From Bigelowiella natans CCMP2755 (Eukaryota; Protista; Cercozoa): a DNA stretch of 52,280 bases. The notes beneath the pieces were generated by a model that made no database searches, was not told where the DNA came from, and was given only the letters and a program-made list of their open reading frames with translations. A program made the translations under genes and the position numbers. The stretch lies in assembly GCA_000320545.1 (NCBI GenBank), contig ADNK01000623.1, positions 1 to 52,280 of the forward strand, given 5' to 3'. This document shows, piece by piece, positions 37,933 through 51,409 of the stretch. Every line of letters starts with the position of its first letter. Within the stretch, counting starts at the first letter, position 1.

Positions 37933-40900
37933 AACTACTACTAAAAGTAATAACACACATTGTAATCATCAACATTAGTGGCAGGTTAGAGGATAGAAAC
38001 TAACCACTCAAAGATAAATTAGAGACCAGCATTGACTTTGTTTGACTTTTTTTAGTTGTAAATGGTGGTGGAGTTGTTGTTGGCGAAGATTTGAGTTTAG
38101 GGCTAACGAATGCTGCACTTTGCTCTCTTTGAATCTCGGTGAGAGATTTTGGAGGAGAAGTTGTTTTTCGGGTAGAAGATGATGTTAATCCGAATAGCGA
38201 CCATGATTTGGTTGCTGAGGTGTTATTATTATTAAATACTTTTTTGGATGATTTAGGCAGCAACATGAAGTCAGCTAGCTGGAGTTGTCCTGGAAGGCAT
38301 AATTCCGGCATCATCTCTGAATCATTTCGAATACTAGTAGTAGTAACATCATTGGGTGATGATGATATGCTGCTATCCGGCGTTTGAGAGACTTCGGCAG
38401 TAGCACCAACAGCAGCAGTATGATGTGGAGAACTTCGCCGAGCCTTACGTGAAAGCTGAGATTTCCATGGATTGGACGTCGTGGCGGTACTACTTCTAGC
38501 AGCAGTGGTGGTAGTGGTGGTAGTAGTAGTAGTTTTAGTAGTCATCATTTTGTTACCACTACTACTACTACTACTACTACTGTTTTCGGAATGATGGAAG
38601 AGCTTTCGGCTTATTGAAGAGTATGAATCATGCGAATAATGGGTTAGACTAATTTTAGCAACACCAGCAGCACCACCACCAGCACTACTACTACTAGTAC
38701 TACTACTACTAGTAGTAGTAGTAGTAGTAGTAGACTCCTCCTTGTACTGTTCCAGCTGTTGCTGCTGTATTCGTTCAAAGGCAGAGAGGACCGATTTTTT
38801 ATTATTATTATTATTCCTATTGAATTTATGATCCATTATCATCATCGTTTGATGAGTAGTAGGAGTAGTAGTAGTATTAGGAGGAGGAGTATCATCAGGT
38901 GACAATAATAATGTCTCAGGAGAAGAATTCAATGATCCTGGACTGCTACCAGCTACTTCACCTGATCTCGGATGAGGAGTTGGGGAACTTACAGGGGTAC
39001 TACAGTCTCTTCCTCCTTTCACCCCCCCCACCCTAACTGCTGCTGGTGGTGGTGGTGGTGGTGGTGATGGTTTCGTTGTCGTTTTGTGTTGTTTCATCTT
39101 GTCGAGGAAATCACGTCCAGCTTGGTGCATCCTTAGAGCTTTCTTTAGCCCATCAAATTCATCAGCATAGTCTTTTTCACGATCTACTTTTGCTCTCTGC
39201 TCAATTGTTAAATTATATCCGGAATCCTCTATCCCTTTTTTCTTCAAGCTCTGAATCTGCTTTAGTTTTTTACGTAATTCCCTGAAACGCTTCTTCACTC
39301 TTCGTAATACCCGTGCATGCTTCTTACCGTCTTTCGCAGTAACCAATTCAATGAGTTCCGATCCAAAAGAAGGTCCATGGACAGGGCTTTTTCTTGGGGT
39401 TGTTCCCTCTCCTCCTCCTCCTCCTCCTCCAGTGGTCATGGTCGTTGTATTATTTACACAAGTGTTATTGTTGTTATTGTTGTTGTTGTATTGACTGCTG
39501 CCTACACCACTACTATTTAGATGATCGTAGTAGAATGTTTGAGTCAATTCAAGCACTCTTTCTTCCTGCTGTAAGTGCTGATGTAACCATTCCGCATGAA
39601 GGTAAGAAGGAAATTTTGCGCTTAACATGGAAATTCTCTTGGTCTCCCCCAAATTCATGTAGGGGTCTGTTGACCAGAGAAAGGTGAAGAAATCGATCTG
39701 CTGTAACTCATCTTTCGACAACGATTTCAGAGCTAATGGAACCAGATGACGATGATTCAGCATAATGTACCGTGCACAAAAACGCACCAATCGATCCAAC
39801 TTAAGACGAAAAGCCATTTTGAAACACTTGAAAAGTGTGGTTGGAGATATGATTCCTATGCTCTCAACTAGTGCTTCTTCACATAAATGCTGCAGAAGAG
39901 GTACAACCCCCCCACTTGGACGACGACTATACTCCTTATAATCATCATCATCATTGTTGTTGAAGATTCTATTTCTTGACATTGCAAATGGGTCATCATA
40001 TATAAGGGCTGATTTAGCATGTGTAAGCTTTAGTGGCACTTTCAGCCTCTGCACAGCTACTGTATGTCCATCAGCTACAGCAACTTTGGCGATTTGTCGG
40101 AGCCTATGCACTCGTGTTGGTATTAAGGTTTTAGTCTGTTTCCCATGCCCTATGCACCCTTTACCCCAAGTGTATAAATCTCCATCCTTACTCACTATAG
40201 CAGCATGTTTTGAGGCAATCGCTGCTTGTACCACAAAAACCCGTGATAATCCAGGAACGAGAGTGGCTACCGTGCGATTTTTGTTATGACGTCGCTTGCT
40301 TTTGACCAGTTTTGCTTTTCCAGCTTTTCCATGAGTGACAGGGGAATCATTATTGACAACACAACCATAACTACTGTTATTACTGGTGCTACAAACATAT
40401 TTTGTTGGAGTATTTCTAATACTCTTATTCACTGGACTCGATAGTGGAGATTCCTTGGGCGATGATCGTGGATGTAAAGACGACTTATTAACAGAATGTG
40501 AACGGCTGTAGCCGTTGTTCCCCCTCCTCCCCACACAAGCTAATGATGGTACTGGAAAATCAGGTTGGTGTGCTGCTGATGATGACCATGCAAACACATT
40601 CCCTAAGTTAGAAACGGCAAGAGCATGCGACCCACCCGGATCTGCACAAACGGACGTAATGTGTACATTCAAGGTACAAAATGTAGTAGCAGCACCACGA
40701 GAAGACGAAGATGCTACTGCTGCAATCCCTGGTGACGATGATGATGATGATGAAGATGATAGATTTGTCCCCCCAACACGGTTTGTACGACTACTTTGCA
40801 ACTGGACGCTTGCTTGCTTCTGAAAACCCATGCATTTTGGAAACATTATTTTGCTATATATGTGTTGATCTTGATCTTGTTGTAACACTTCCCCAGAATG

Positions 40901-43207
40901 TGTGAGAATCAGAATAAAACCTTGACTTGCCACTGCATCTTTCACATTAGAGAATTCCTTCAAATGCATTGGGCTATTAAATGCTCTCTTTTGCTCTCCT
41001 ATATCTCGCCCAAGGATATATACTCGTGACAATTGAGCAGCGACAAGACAAACACGAGATTTACATACACTCACTGAGGTAAATTTCACAGAACTAGATA
41101 TCTTGAAAGGCACACTCCCAAAGACAAATTTATTTATTTTTTTTTCATATGTATGAAGCTTTTTTGGGGTTCCATCTATAGAACAGGAGGAGGAGGAGGA
41201 AAAACCTGATACTCCTTTGTTGAAAATAATGGAACCATTATCTTTTGAGTTGATGTTAGTTACAGCTGCTGCTGTCGTCGTCGTGTTTTCGTGAATGGGA
41301 AGATGAAGAGTACCCCAAAGATAAAGGGAACCACTTGATGTCAAGGCACCACCTAATTCGCCGTGAGTGCCAATCATCTTGAGCCGTTTATTATTTCCAA
41401 AACCAAGCATCTTCCTAGGAAGTATTTGATATGTCCCGCTTCCTTCAATTTGTTTTTGTCCTCCTCCTCCAAGGTAGCGTTTTTTATGACTGCTGTTGTC
41501 ATTATCATCATATGTGTTGAGTCCTAATCGTCCCCCATGCCCTAAGCCCCAGCTAAAGCAATCCCCCTTCGACGTCACAGCAAACGTACCATTTAAATCG
41601 GTTGCGATGGACTCCACATTCTCATCATCCAGATGACTTATTTTCTGTGGCTTAACCTAGGTATTGTTTGTGAAAAACAAGTGAGGATGATGATGATGAT
41701 GATGATGATCATGAGTATATAAATATTATCATTCATCATCAAATATATTAGTAGAAATAGTAAAAAGGTTGGAAGGAGCAGCCAGTATGCTAAGGAATGT
41801 ATACGGAGAAACTAATAAATAGCTCGTCGTCGTCAAGTCAAGTCAACCTGATGAGTATGCTGAGTAGAGTACCCCAATTGGTAATTGTTCCCCACACCAA
41901 ATGAATACACTAGATTCACATATTCCTTGCTGCTTCTTTCAGCTCCTGCTGTGGACAGATGATCAAATTGTGCACCACTACTACTACTGGTGCATTCGTG
42001 AAAGTCGTCGTAATATGAACTTGAATACTGTCGATGATGTCGACTGTAAGTAGTAGTAGTAGTAGTAGTAGTGGAGTAGAGCTGTCTCTTCTTCTGTTCT
42101 CCTTCGATATGTTTGCGTTTGTTCTGAGACGACAGCAGGATCTTGAACAACCCTCCGTGAATACAAGGGCAAGGTACCTTATTCGTTAGGGTAGCTAAAT
42201 TTCAAACTAGTAGTAAGGATGATTTCAATTTTCATCAGCACGCAACAACAACAACAGGCACGTGGTTAACACAACTGCATAGAAATTACGCGTACCAGGT
42301 CATAGGGCCTTTTCCCTTCGTAATCTTCAATCTCCAAGGGCGATTTGAGAACATACTCAAAACCGTGCCGAGATTTGGCAACCATCCCCCGCTTAAGTCT
42401 CTTATTATGATTCCTTTGATTAGAAGTTGAAGAAGAACCCCGTCTTCTGTTGTATCCTTGGGGATGATGCTGCTGACAAATTTTCCTGAAAATTAAAAAA
42501 ACACATGTGGGTAAAAAGTAAACAAATAACTATGACAAATATAATTTGACGATTCGACAATTGAATTGATAATTTACGGTGTTGTTGGGGCCGAGTATCT
42601 TCTCCAAGCGTCACGGCGAGCCTTCACAATTAAAGAACCCACTGCAAGATACCCTCGATACCTTAATCACAGTTATTGTTACTTTCAGTAATGATCAATA
42701 GAAAGAAGCAAATGTTGACAAACATGCAGTGATGCAAAGGGGTCCAGCCACTCTCACGATCTTGAGCCAGAATATCAGCCCCTGATGAGAGAAAATAAGA
42801 AGAAACATGTTAGCTGCGTGTGTCTTACGACAAAGAGAAAGAGAGGGGAAGATAGAGGGTTCCTAACCAATAGCAACCATGTAGCCGCCAAAATATATGC
42901 ACAAATTTAGGTCTCCTCACCTCGTTCAATAAGCAATCTTGCAGCTAGGTACTGGTTGTTAATACACGCCACAATGAGGGGCGTTTGCCACAAGCTTTGG
43001 AGGAAAAATAACTCATTAGCAGAAGTGATTATAACATACAAGTCAACTCTTATACCCATTCCGCTCGTCAACATCGTTGGGGCATTCTTCAAGAATATGC
43101 CACAGCTAAATTAAACGCATACATTAATATTTAATCCCCTTCCAGTGATTAAATGTTCTAGCAACCTTTGATGTATTGCCGACTGCGGCGGCCTCAAATA
43201 TGTCCAT
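36330..43207 (-). CDS. IBTK-like ankyrin + RCC1-repeat protein with a long low-complexity C-terminus
   Basis: MDIFEAAAVG, WQTPLIVAC, GADILAQDRESGWTPLHHC (IBTK hallmark D.ESGWT.LH), VYSFGVGNNYQLG and RCC1 repeats in ORF 38000-41617. Also VPLLQHLCEE helical segment, LRKKLKQIQSL coil, SLTEIQREQ and a basic tail ending at 36330. Confidence 0.82.
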
Positions 43208-44049
43208 ATGTTGGGACCAATTTATATAAACTCAATCCCTTCACCAGAAGTATAACAGAAAGCGTAACTAAGTTTATCCTCTCTAACTAATCGGAGACCG
43301 TTTTGATATTTATAAAAGGCGCAAACGTTGAGCCATATGTGGTATTACTGATTTCTAGCAAATATGAATGTGTTGAAGCAGGGTAATAATCCCTAACCCT
43401 ATGGTGTTTCTTCCCAAGAGGGAGCGAGGGTGCGTTGTGCTTGTAGTAGTCGAAACTAACTAGGGTTTGAGCCAGTGGACAAACTCACACGTGTCGTCTG
43501 TCCCAGCAATCAATAAATCGCTCATTTCTTGAGATTTTACCTAACAAACTACAAAAAACAAGGCAATTATTGGGATAAGACTTACACATTTAAAACCAGC
43601 ATTTACCAAGTAGGCTTCTCATTTCGCGCCGTTGGTGGAATTTTACCGACAAATGTACTCGAAAAATCGTAGAACAAGATCGTTAACTGGCGCCAAAATT
43701 CTCGACCCTATTTTGGTATGCGATAATGTGAAATTTGCTATTTTCTACAATTCGACCTAAGTTTTTGTGCGGTCTACTTCGTTTACAGGAAGAGAAGGAG
43801 AAGAAAGAAAAGAAGAGTCGCACAAGAAAACGATCAGCAGTAGATTTACATGTATACACCTGAATACATGTACTGTATGACATTAATAATACCGGGATTA
43901 GAGGCAGCAGCAGCGAGTAATCCCGGGCTGAGGATGATCATTTAGACTACTACTACAGTACTAGATCTAGGGTCACAATAATAATACGACACCGACCGAT
44001 GATGATGATGATGATGATGAAAACGACGAAGTAGTAGTAGACGACGGCG

Positions 44050-44389
44050 ATGCTCATTTTGCTCCACTTGCTGATACTGCTCTGCCTTGGCATGCTAAAG
44101 CATGTTGCTGCCTATGCCGACTGGAACGATAAAAATATTGTATTGAAAGACGGGCACTGGGAACAGGTGGTCTTCAATCCTTCAATAACTTCATGAAGAA
44201 ACTATTCAATCCTTCAATAACTTTATGAAGAAATTCAAACACACCAAAATACCAATTTATATCAGGTACAAGTTGAGCCTCTCCCAGGACAGCCAGCTCC
44301 GCCACCACCCCGCGATGATCGTTGGAAATACAATGAAACATCAATTGTCGTTCTCATCGCTTCATTCAGGTACAACCACGCGCGCATTG

Positions 44390-44456
<67 letters not shown>

Positions 44457-45797
44457 TGTGTGTGTGTGTGTGTGTGTGGGTGAGTGTCCATGTGCGTGTG
44501 TATACATTGAGGCACCGCATTTTAAGCCAAAATGTGAACTGAAGCGCAACTGAAACCAAGGCATGCACGGCAATACACACAACACTAATTGTCTTTTACT
44601 ATGATAGAGAAACCCGCTGCCCAGAGACGTTGCATAGTATGATAACAAAAGCAGCTCATCCTGAACGGGTGGTCAATGTCAAATTTGTCAATGTTCTACT
44701 AACATTTATCCATTCACAGAGTTGCTGTTGTTAATTCTGTACCAGGCATTCTCCTGATTTTATTTCTACTTCCTGCTTTGATTATGATGTTAAATTAATT
44801 CTGATTGCAATTTTCTTTACTTCCTGTCTTCGTAGGTTTTTGCTGGCATTGTTCAACAGAATTCAGCTATTGATGAGGTAGTAGGAGAAGGAGGGGGAGA
44901 AAGGGAAGAGGAGGAATTCAATGGTGTAGTGGAGGGTCTTTCTCGGAGCCGATCTCTTCGCTCTTTTCCTGGCTATTTGCACTATTGTTCAGGGACAAAC
45001 AGAATGCAGCGTTATTGTCTCTCAAGGCGATAACTATTACTACTGTACTACCATCACCACTACATCACCTTTAGTGTTATCCTTAATATTATTATTATTG
45101 TACTACTATCATCAGGATTGCCTGGCTGGCTACTGCAAGCGCATGGGAGCTGAATTGACCAAAGATGCTGCCACTGGCACATACCTAAATCAAGTATCAC
45201 TTGTTCACCGAGAATCACTAATTTTGCTGGCATTGCAGCAGGCAGCAAATTTGAACAACGCATGGTTCAATTTCTAGATTTACCCTGAATTTTCTGCTGT
45301 TGTATTAACAGAAGGGGTGTCCTTTTTACGAGCAATTTCGTTTCAAACGCCTATCCGATCTGTAAGTGATCTGTAGTAATTTCTTTTCATAGCTGGGATT
45401 TTCATAGTTTCGATTTAATAGTGGAAATATCGACTTAAAAATCAAGTCATCATTGCCGTTTTAGTGTGCGTCATATCGTAATTCTAGGAGTTAATCTTAT
45501 TCTAGAATACTACGAAAGCGACTAATGAATTACTTCTTTTGTACTAACCCTCTAACATATCCCTTCTTCTCGTTATTAGTGAAGCAAAAGGACCCGTATA
45601 CGCTCGTGCGCTGCAGGTAGTTGATTAGTGTTAAGCACGCAGTAGTCTCTAAATCTAAAAATCACAGCAGAAGAAATCCATTCGGATGACTCTATACAAT
45701 CTAAAAATCACAGAAAAAAACCATTCGGATGATTCTATACTACTAGGCAATAATAGCAGTACTGTGCTTATTGTAAATCATTTTGTATGCAGATATA

Positions 45798-45829
<32 letters not shown>

Positions 45830-46431
45830 ATTACGTTTTTAAAAACAGCATATGCTGCTTGATTGACTGCCGACTAACATATTGATCATCACCGATGATT
45901 GATAAAAGGCTGAATTGGTCAAAGAAGACGATGATGATTTCTGCATGCAAATTGATGCTCACACCCTATTCATTGAAGCTTGGGATGTAAGGTGAGGCGT
46001 GTTGATTTGTGCTGTAGTTACTACTACTACTACTTTTAACTACTTCCTAGTTTAATACAGTGTGTGTACACAAGTTTGTCTTGAAATGATGATACGAGTA
46101 CCATCAATAGCAGCGCAACCAACTACACAGCATAGTAGTAGTAGTAGTAGTAGTAGTAGCAGTAGTTCTATTGATGATGATCAAGATGACCACGATAATA
46201 ATTCATGATGTATTATGTTGCTTGCTACATATGGTAGAATATTAAACGAATGGGGTGCTGCAAAAAATGAATATGCGGTATGAACAGCAGCAGTAAAATC
46301 ATCGGTGTCGTCTTCGTCGTTAACCACATACTTATTCAAAAATTTAAGGCGGTTAAAATACCACTTCTTTTCCAGATTTTTTGTTTTTATGAATTATTGT
46401 ACTAAGTAATCAAGTTGTTTTGGTTATTGTT

Positions 46432-46466
<35 letters not shown>

Positions 46467-48188
46467 GCAGATGATGTATTCCTTATTTTGTAAAATATGT
46501 GTGTTTTAGGTGTTAAGCACGTATCCAACAAATGTTCATGATCTCCATAAAAATTCAAATAAGTAGGAACACAAGTTATAATAGGAGTAATGTTAGTTGC
46601 TGCTCTACCAATCTTTTCCTCTGCTACTACTACTACTAGTATCACGAATGCTACTGCTTTGTCGGTGATGAACATGACTAATGTATCTCACATCAATCAA
46701 TGATGCTATTTGCAACATAATTGTCGTATTTAACAACGAGATGGTCAAGATAATAATAACAACAATCATTTTTATTATTTTAGTGCAGTCGTGTACCAAT
46801 TCTTAGGGCCGCTACTAGCTATAAGATATTATTATCATCTTTATATCTCACTCATTCTCATTCACCATCTATATTTGCTCTGACTCACCATCATCAGCCA
46901 TTGGGAGATGCCGCATTTATGCCACGCTAGCTTTGCAGGACCTGGGAAGGTGCTTGTACTTGTACTAATTGTTGTATGTTTGTTTGATCACACATCGAAT
47001 GTTTATTGTTGTATACAATAAATGATACGCAGAAATAATGTATCGAATATTTATTTTTGTATGTTTGTTTGCTCTGTTCTCCTCTCATACACACACACAC
47101 ACATCATATCATATCATATATGCACATCATGATATATGCTTATCATCATCATCATCATCATCATCATCCTGTACAACATTATATATGCGCATCATCATCA
47201 TCATCAACAACAGCAGCAGCAGCATGTACAACATTACTATCTTAGGTTGCTAATGGCCGTGCAAGTGCAGCAGCCAATTTGGAACGGTGATCATAATGAT
47301 GATGATGATGATAATTCGCAGTAGCAATACCAAGCAGCACTTACATTATTGGGGATAATGGATGAAAGAGTCAACAAAACATTACGTATGCTTGCGAAGA
47401 TCATGATGCTCATAGTCGTCGTCGTCGTCGTCGTCGTCGTCTATAATCAGTACAATGTAATGAATGGAAGCTTCTTATTTCGACTGACTGTTGCTAATTT
47501 GAGCTGCTGTGTGTTATTCGTTCATTCTTATTTCGACTGACTGTTGCTAATTTGAGCTGCTGTGTGTTATTCGTTCATTCATATATAGCCCCCTCTTAGC
47601 TCCACTGTGGGCAGCAGGGCTATCATTCTCGAGGTAGTACTACTACTAGTAGTAGAAGAAGAAGAAGAAGAGTAAGAAGAAACACTATGGTTTTTCTAGT
47701 TAATTGGTGATTATCAAACACTTTAGTTTTACTAGTTGTCATCATTAATTGGTGATAAACACTTTAGTTTTACTAGTTATTATCATCATCAATTGGTGAT
47801 CATCACCATCAAAGCAATCTTCGATCTAACACGTCGTCGTACATGATTGATTGATTCATTACGTTCTGCGATTGAGAAATAATAATTCCCATGTAACCCC
47901 TGGGTAGTTTTATGCGTATCTTATCAATAATTATTCAAGGTGCCATGCCGAGAGAAATGTCCCTAATGATATCAATCTTAAGGTCCGTCAGATTGCTGCT
48001 TCTGCTGCTGCTGCTGCCGTATAATTTGATTGCTGCATATCTGAACACTGAAAAATAGACAAAACTAAGATGAGGATGATGGTGAGGATGATGATTGATG
48101 ATGTGATAATGACTACGAGCTATTATCCAAAAGAGTGTGTTTGCTGGAGAAGAGTATGGAAGAGGTGCTCGTTTGTGGACACATGGGT

Positions 48189-48248
<60 letters not shown>

Positions 48249-48276
48249 CTGATCTAGAACTACGGTTGGTATGTAT

Positions 48277-48309
<33 letters not shown>

Positions 48310-49194
48310 CTTTGTTATATTAACTACAAATCAGTGAATGGCAAAATTAACAGGGGGACCAATATTGTTGTTATTGTTGTTTTTGTTGTTGTGAATCCAT
48401 CCTTCCATCTATCAATCAAATGTGCTAAGTAAATCTCCTCATTGATTCGTCTTTATAACTATCATTATCATCAAACACATTATTGATTACATACAAATCA
48501 ATACAAGGTATGATTTCTACTCAATATCTCGTCCTATCATTGGTACCTACTACGGAGGAGAGAAGGTGTGGTGGGGGGGGGCACAACACTATGTCGTCGT
48601 CATTTTCGTTGCATATTGGCTTCTTTCTCAGTATCATACACATATTGTCTTTATGGGCCAGTCAATAATTCATTGTACGTTTTGTAATCAAGGGAGGAGG
48701 GGGAAGTGGTCGTTTTGATGCGAAAGAAATTGACGCCTCAACAAAGGTAGTTGGTTAGTTAGTACGTAGTAAGTAGCTACTGAGTACTTTGTGGCATGTA
48801 CGATCACATACACATTGCTGATTCTGACCTTTGTTCATCCCTTTCTTCTTCTTTCCTATTATCTTTCTAATGTGTGTGCAACTAACTGCTGAATGGTGCT
48901 GATGCCTCCTCACTACTCGAAGAGATTGTCGACACTTCTCAAATGGCCAAGTATTATGTGTATAATCTTCGCAGTTGTTGTTTGTTTGTCGCTCTTTTCT
49001 TTTTCTTCCTCCTCCTATTGCTACTGCTACTCTACTTCCAATATTATCTGATATGATGATACAGCATGCGTTGTAATCAAATGGTAGATGTAAAGCAACC
49101 TTCTTATAAATGTTGCCGTCATTAAAAACACCATTATTACTACAGATAGTGATCAGTCTGATGATGCGTGGAAAGAGTTAGGATCTTACGGTGA

Positions 49195-49228
<34 letters not shown>

Positions 49229-50720
49229 ATATTATTAATGGAGATTATGATGATGATGATGATGATGAATGGGTACCATATACACATTTCAATCTTTAGG
49301 AAGTTTTTACTTGTGCAGAGAGGGCTAGTTAGTTACATCATCATCATTGTAATTATTATAATCCCTATTATCACATCATCTATCTCTTCTAATATTCTTT
49401 TACTTTAGGTCTAGGCAAAAGGCGTACATTAGAACAATATGCTGAATGGTGCTACTACCATTACTACTACTATACTACTATACTACTACTACTACTACTA
49501 CTACTAATACTACTACTACGTGTGCAAATATTATATGTACGTGTGTTGTTGTAGTTTTGGCTGCTGCTGCTGTGTGTTTTTGACCACCATCAAATAGTGG
49601 TACTACGTGCTGTGACTTACTACATTCATTCTCCACAACACACACGATTCTTCTTACTACATTCATTCTCCACAACACACGACACGATACTATTTAAAGG
49701 TCTGGAGTCAATACTATTACTACTCAAATAAGACAGGTAGTAGTACAACCAATGAGAGAACACACACACAGACAGCTGACACAGTATAGCAGCGCAACTG
49801 CAAGCATCAACGAATAATAGGAAACATACCTGAACTCTGCCATTGTCAAACGAATTTACAGCAGCAGCAGCAGCAAAGTTGATTTTACGATGTGTATTAT
49901 TCAGAACTGTATTGTCTCTTATGTCCCTTGGATCGATAAATCGTCTGAATACGCAGAGTATGAGGTACTATGACTGGTTCTAGATTAAATCAGTGGTGTA
50001 TCGGAAGAAGAGTCCAGAAAGAGAAAATGCCCGATGGAACAAGATTTTCCTATGTAGAAGGAAGAGGATAAAATTATACATATTTTTACAAAGAGAAAGG
50101 GTTTAGTGATGGTTAAGATCATCACGATGCGCTGCTGCTGGAACTAATTGTTATTGTACCAGCAGTGGTCCTAGTAAAAATATTGTCTATTCATTATGAT
50201 CTTTGCTGTCGGTTTGGTCATTTATCACATGATATCCTCTCTCTCCCCCTCCAATATTGAATAATAGCCAATTGGCAATGAGATTGTAAAGGATAGTATG
50301 TGGAAGCGTCAAAGAGAAGGTGCATAGTTATCCTATATGTCAGTAATCGTATCATGACAACGTTATAGTGGTGATGATACTTCATCTGATATTCGATGAA
50401 ATTAGTCGAAGTAGATGAACTCCTCGTCCTAAGATGTTATCGTGATTTGTTTTAATTTTTTTTGCATTTTTTTGAAAATAGAATTTAGAAAACAATAGTC
50501 ATCAAAGATCGTGATTTTAGTCCATTCATTGATCCAGACAAAAAATTAGCGAAGCTCCAAACGGGGATGGCAACATCTGGAGAAGCTTCAAAAGCATCAT
50601 CATCAAAGTACACGGATAAGGTGGTTATGTTTCATTCATGGAGATCATGGTGACGAACAAGAAGATCATAATGGTGATGATGATGATGATGATGACAATA
50701 TGGACGTACAGAACGTTCAG
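44050..50720 (+). CDS. GT60-family polypeptide alpha-GlcNAc transferase (Pfam GlcNAc-like), secretory type; 3' end uncertain
   Basis: Signal peptide MLILLHLLILLCLGMLKHVAA. Exon peptides IVVLIASFRETRCPETL..KAAHPERVFAGIVQQ, EAKGPVYARALQ, FCMQIDAHTLFIEAWD, EYA-VLSTYP, PLWAAGLSFSR-CHAERNVPND, FAGEEYGRGARLWTHG-YDFYS, GLGKRRTLEQY. Confidence 0.88.
47472..47580. repeat. Intronic tandem duplication, ~53 bp x2
   Basis: ttcttatttcgactgactgttgctaatttgagctgctgtgtgttattcgttca occurs twice. Confidence 0.9.
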
Positions 50721-51409
50721 ATCTTATGTGAAGTGTTTGGGTAATCAGTTGTCATTCATGTTGTTGCATTGTTTGCACCACCCTTTACCCGGCCGCTATT
50801 GTTGTGTGTACTGCTTCAGGCACTACTTGTGAATCTGATCATCTTCGTAACTTTGTTTGGGGTAGTATCACACATGGCTCAACATGTTCATTGACATTGG
50901 TTATTTGCATGATGTGCTGTGTTTTGCATTGTTTGTCAGGGTGGACTGTGTTGTTTGATGGGTCATGTGATTCGCCATTTTCGTCGTGTTGTCAAACCAT
51001 CAATATCGAAATACACGCTGTGACGAGGAAGATGACATCAACATTCAATTTGTGAATGATGATGAACATGGAAATGGTGGAATCATCGCCACTCCAGCCA
51101 TGCACAATGCTGGAATGCTGTGCGTGTTCATGAAGCCTGCAAGAGTGTGAGAGCATGTTCCGCACATGAAAGAGCAAAAGTTTCCGCGCAGCTTTGCATT
51201 GTCATGGGACACATCAACATCTGGACATGCGCAATTAGCAAACACATGTCTCACAAATTCGAGAGGTTTCTCATCGTCCCATCGTGGTCACAACTGCCCA
51301 GTCCAGGCATCGCAAAACACTTTTTTGAGTCAACATTGCTAGATTGTCAATTGAACGCCAAAAAAAATGCAACAACTCAACAGATGGCATCACATCGTCA
51401 TTGCCTTTG

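Noticed and set aside
43385-43470. Telo-box-like motifs (ccctaaccct, tagggttt) in a divergent promoter interval
   Set aside because: They are short and imperfect, and not consistently present at the other promoter intervals.
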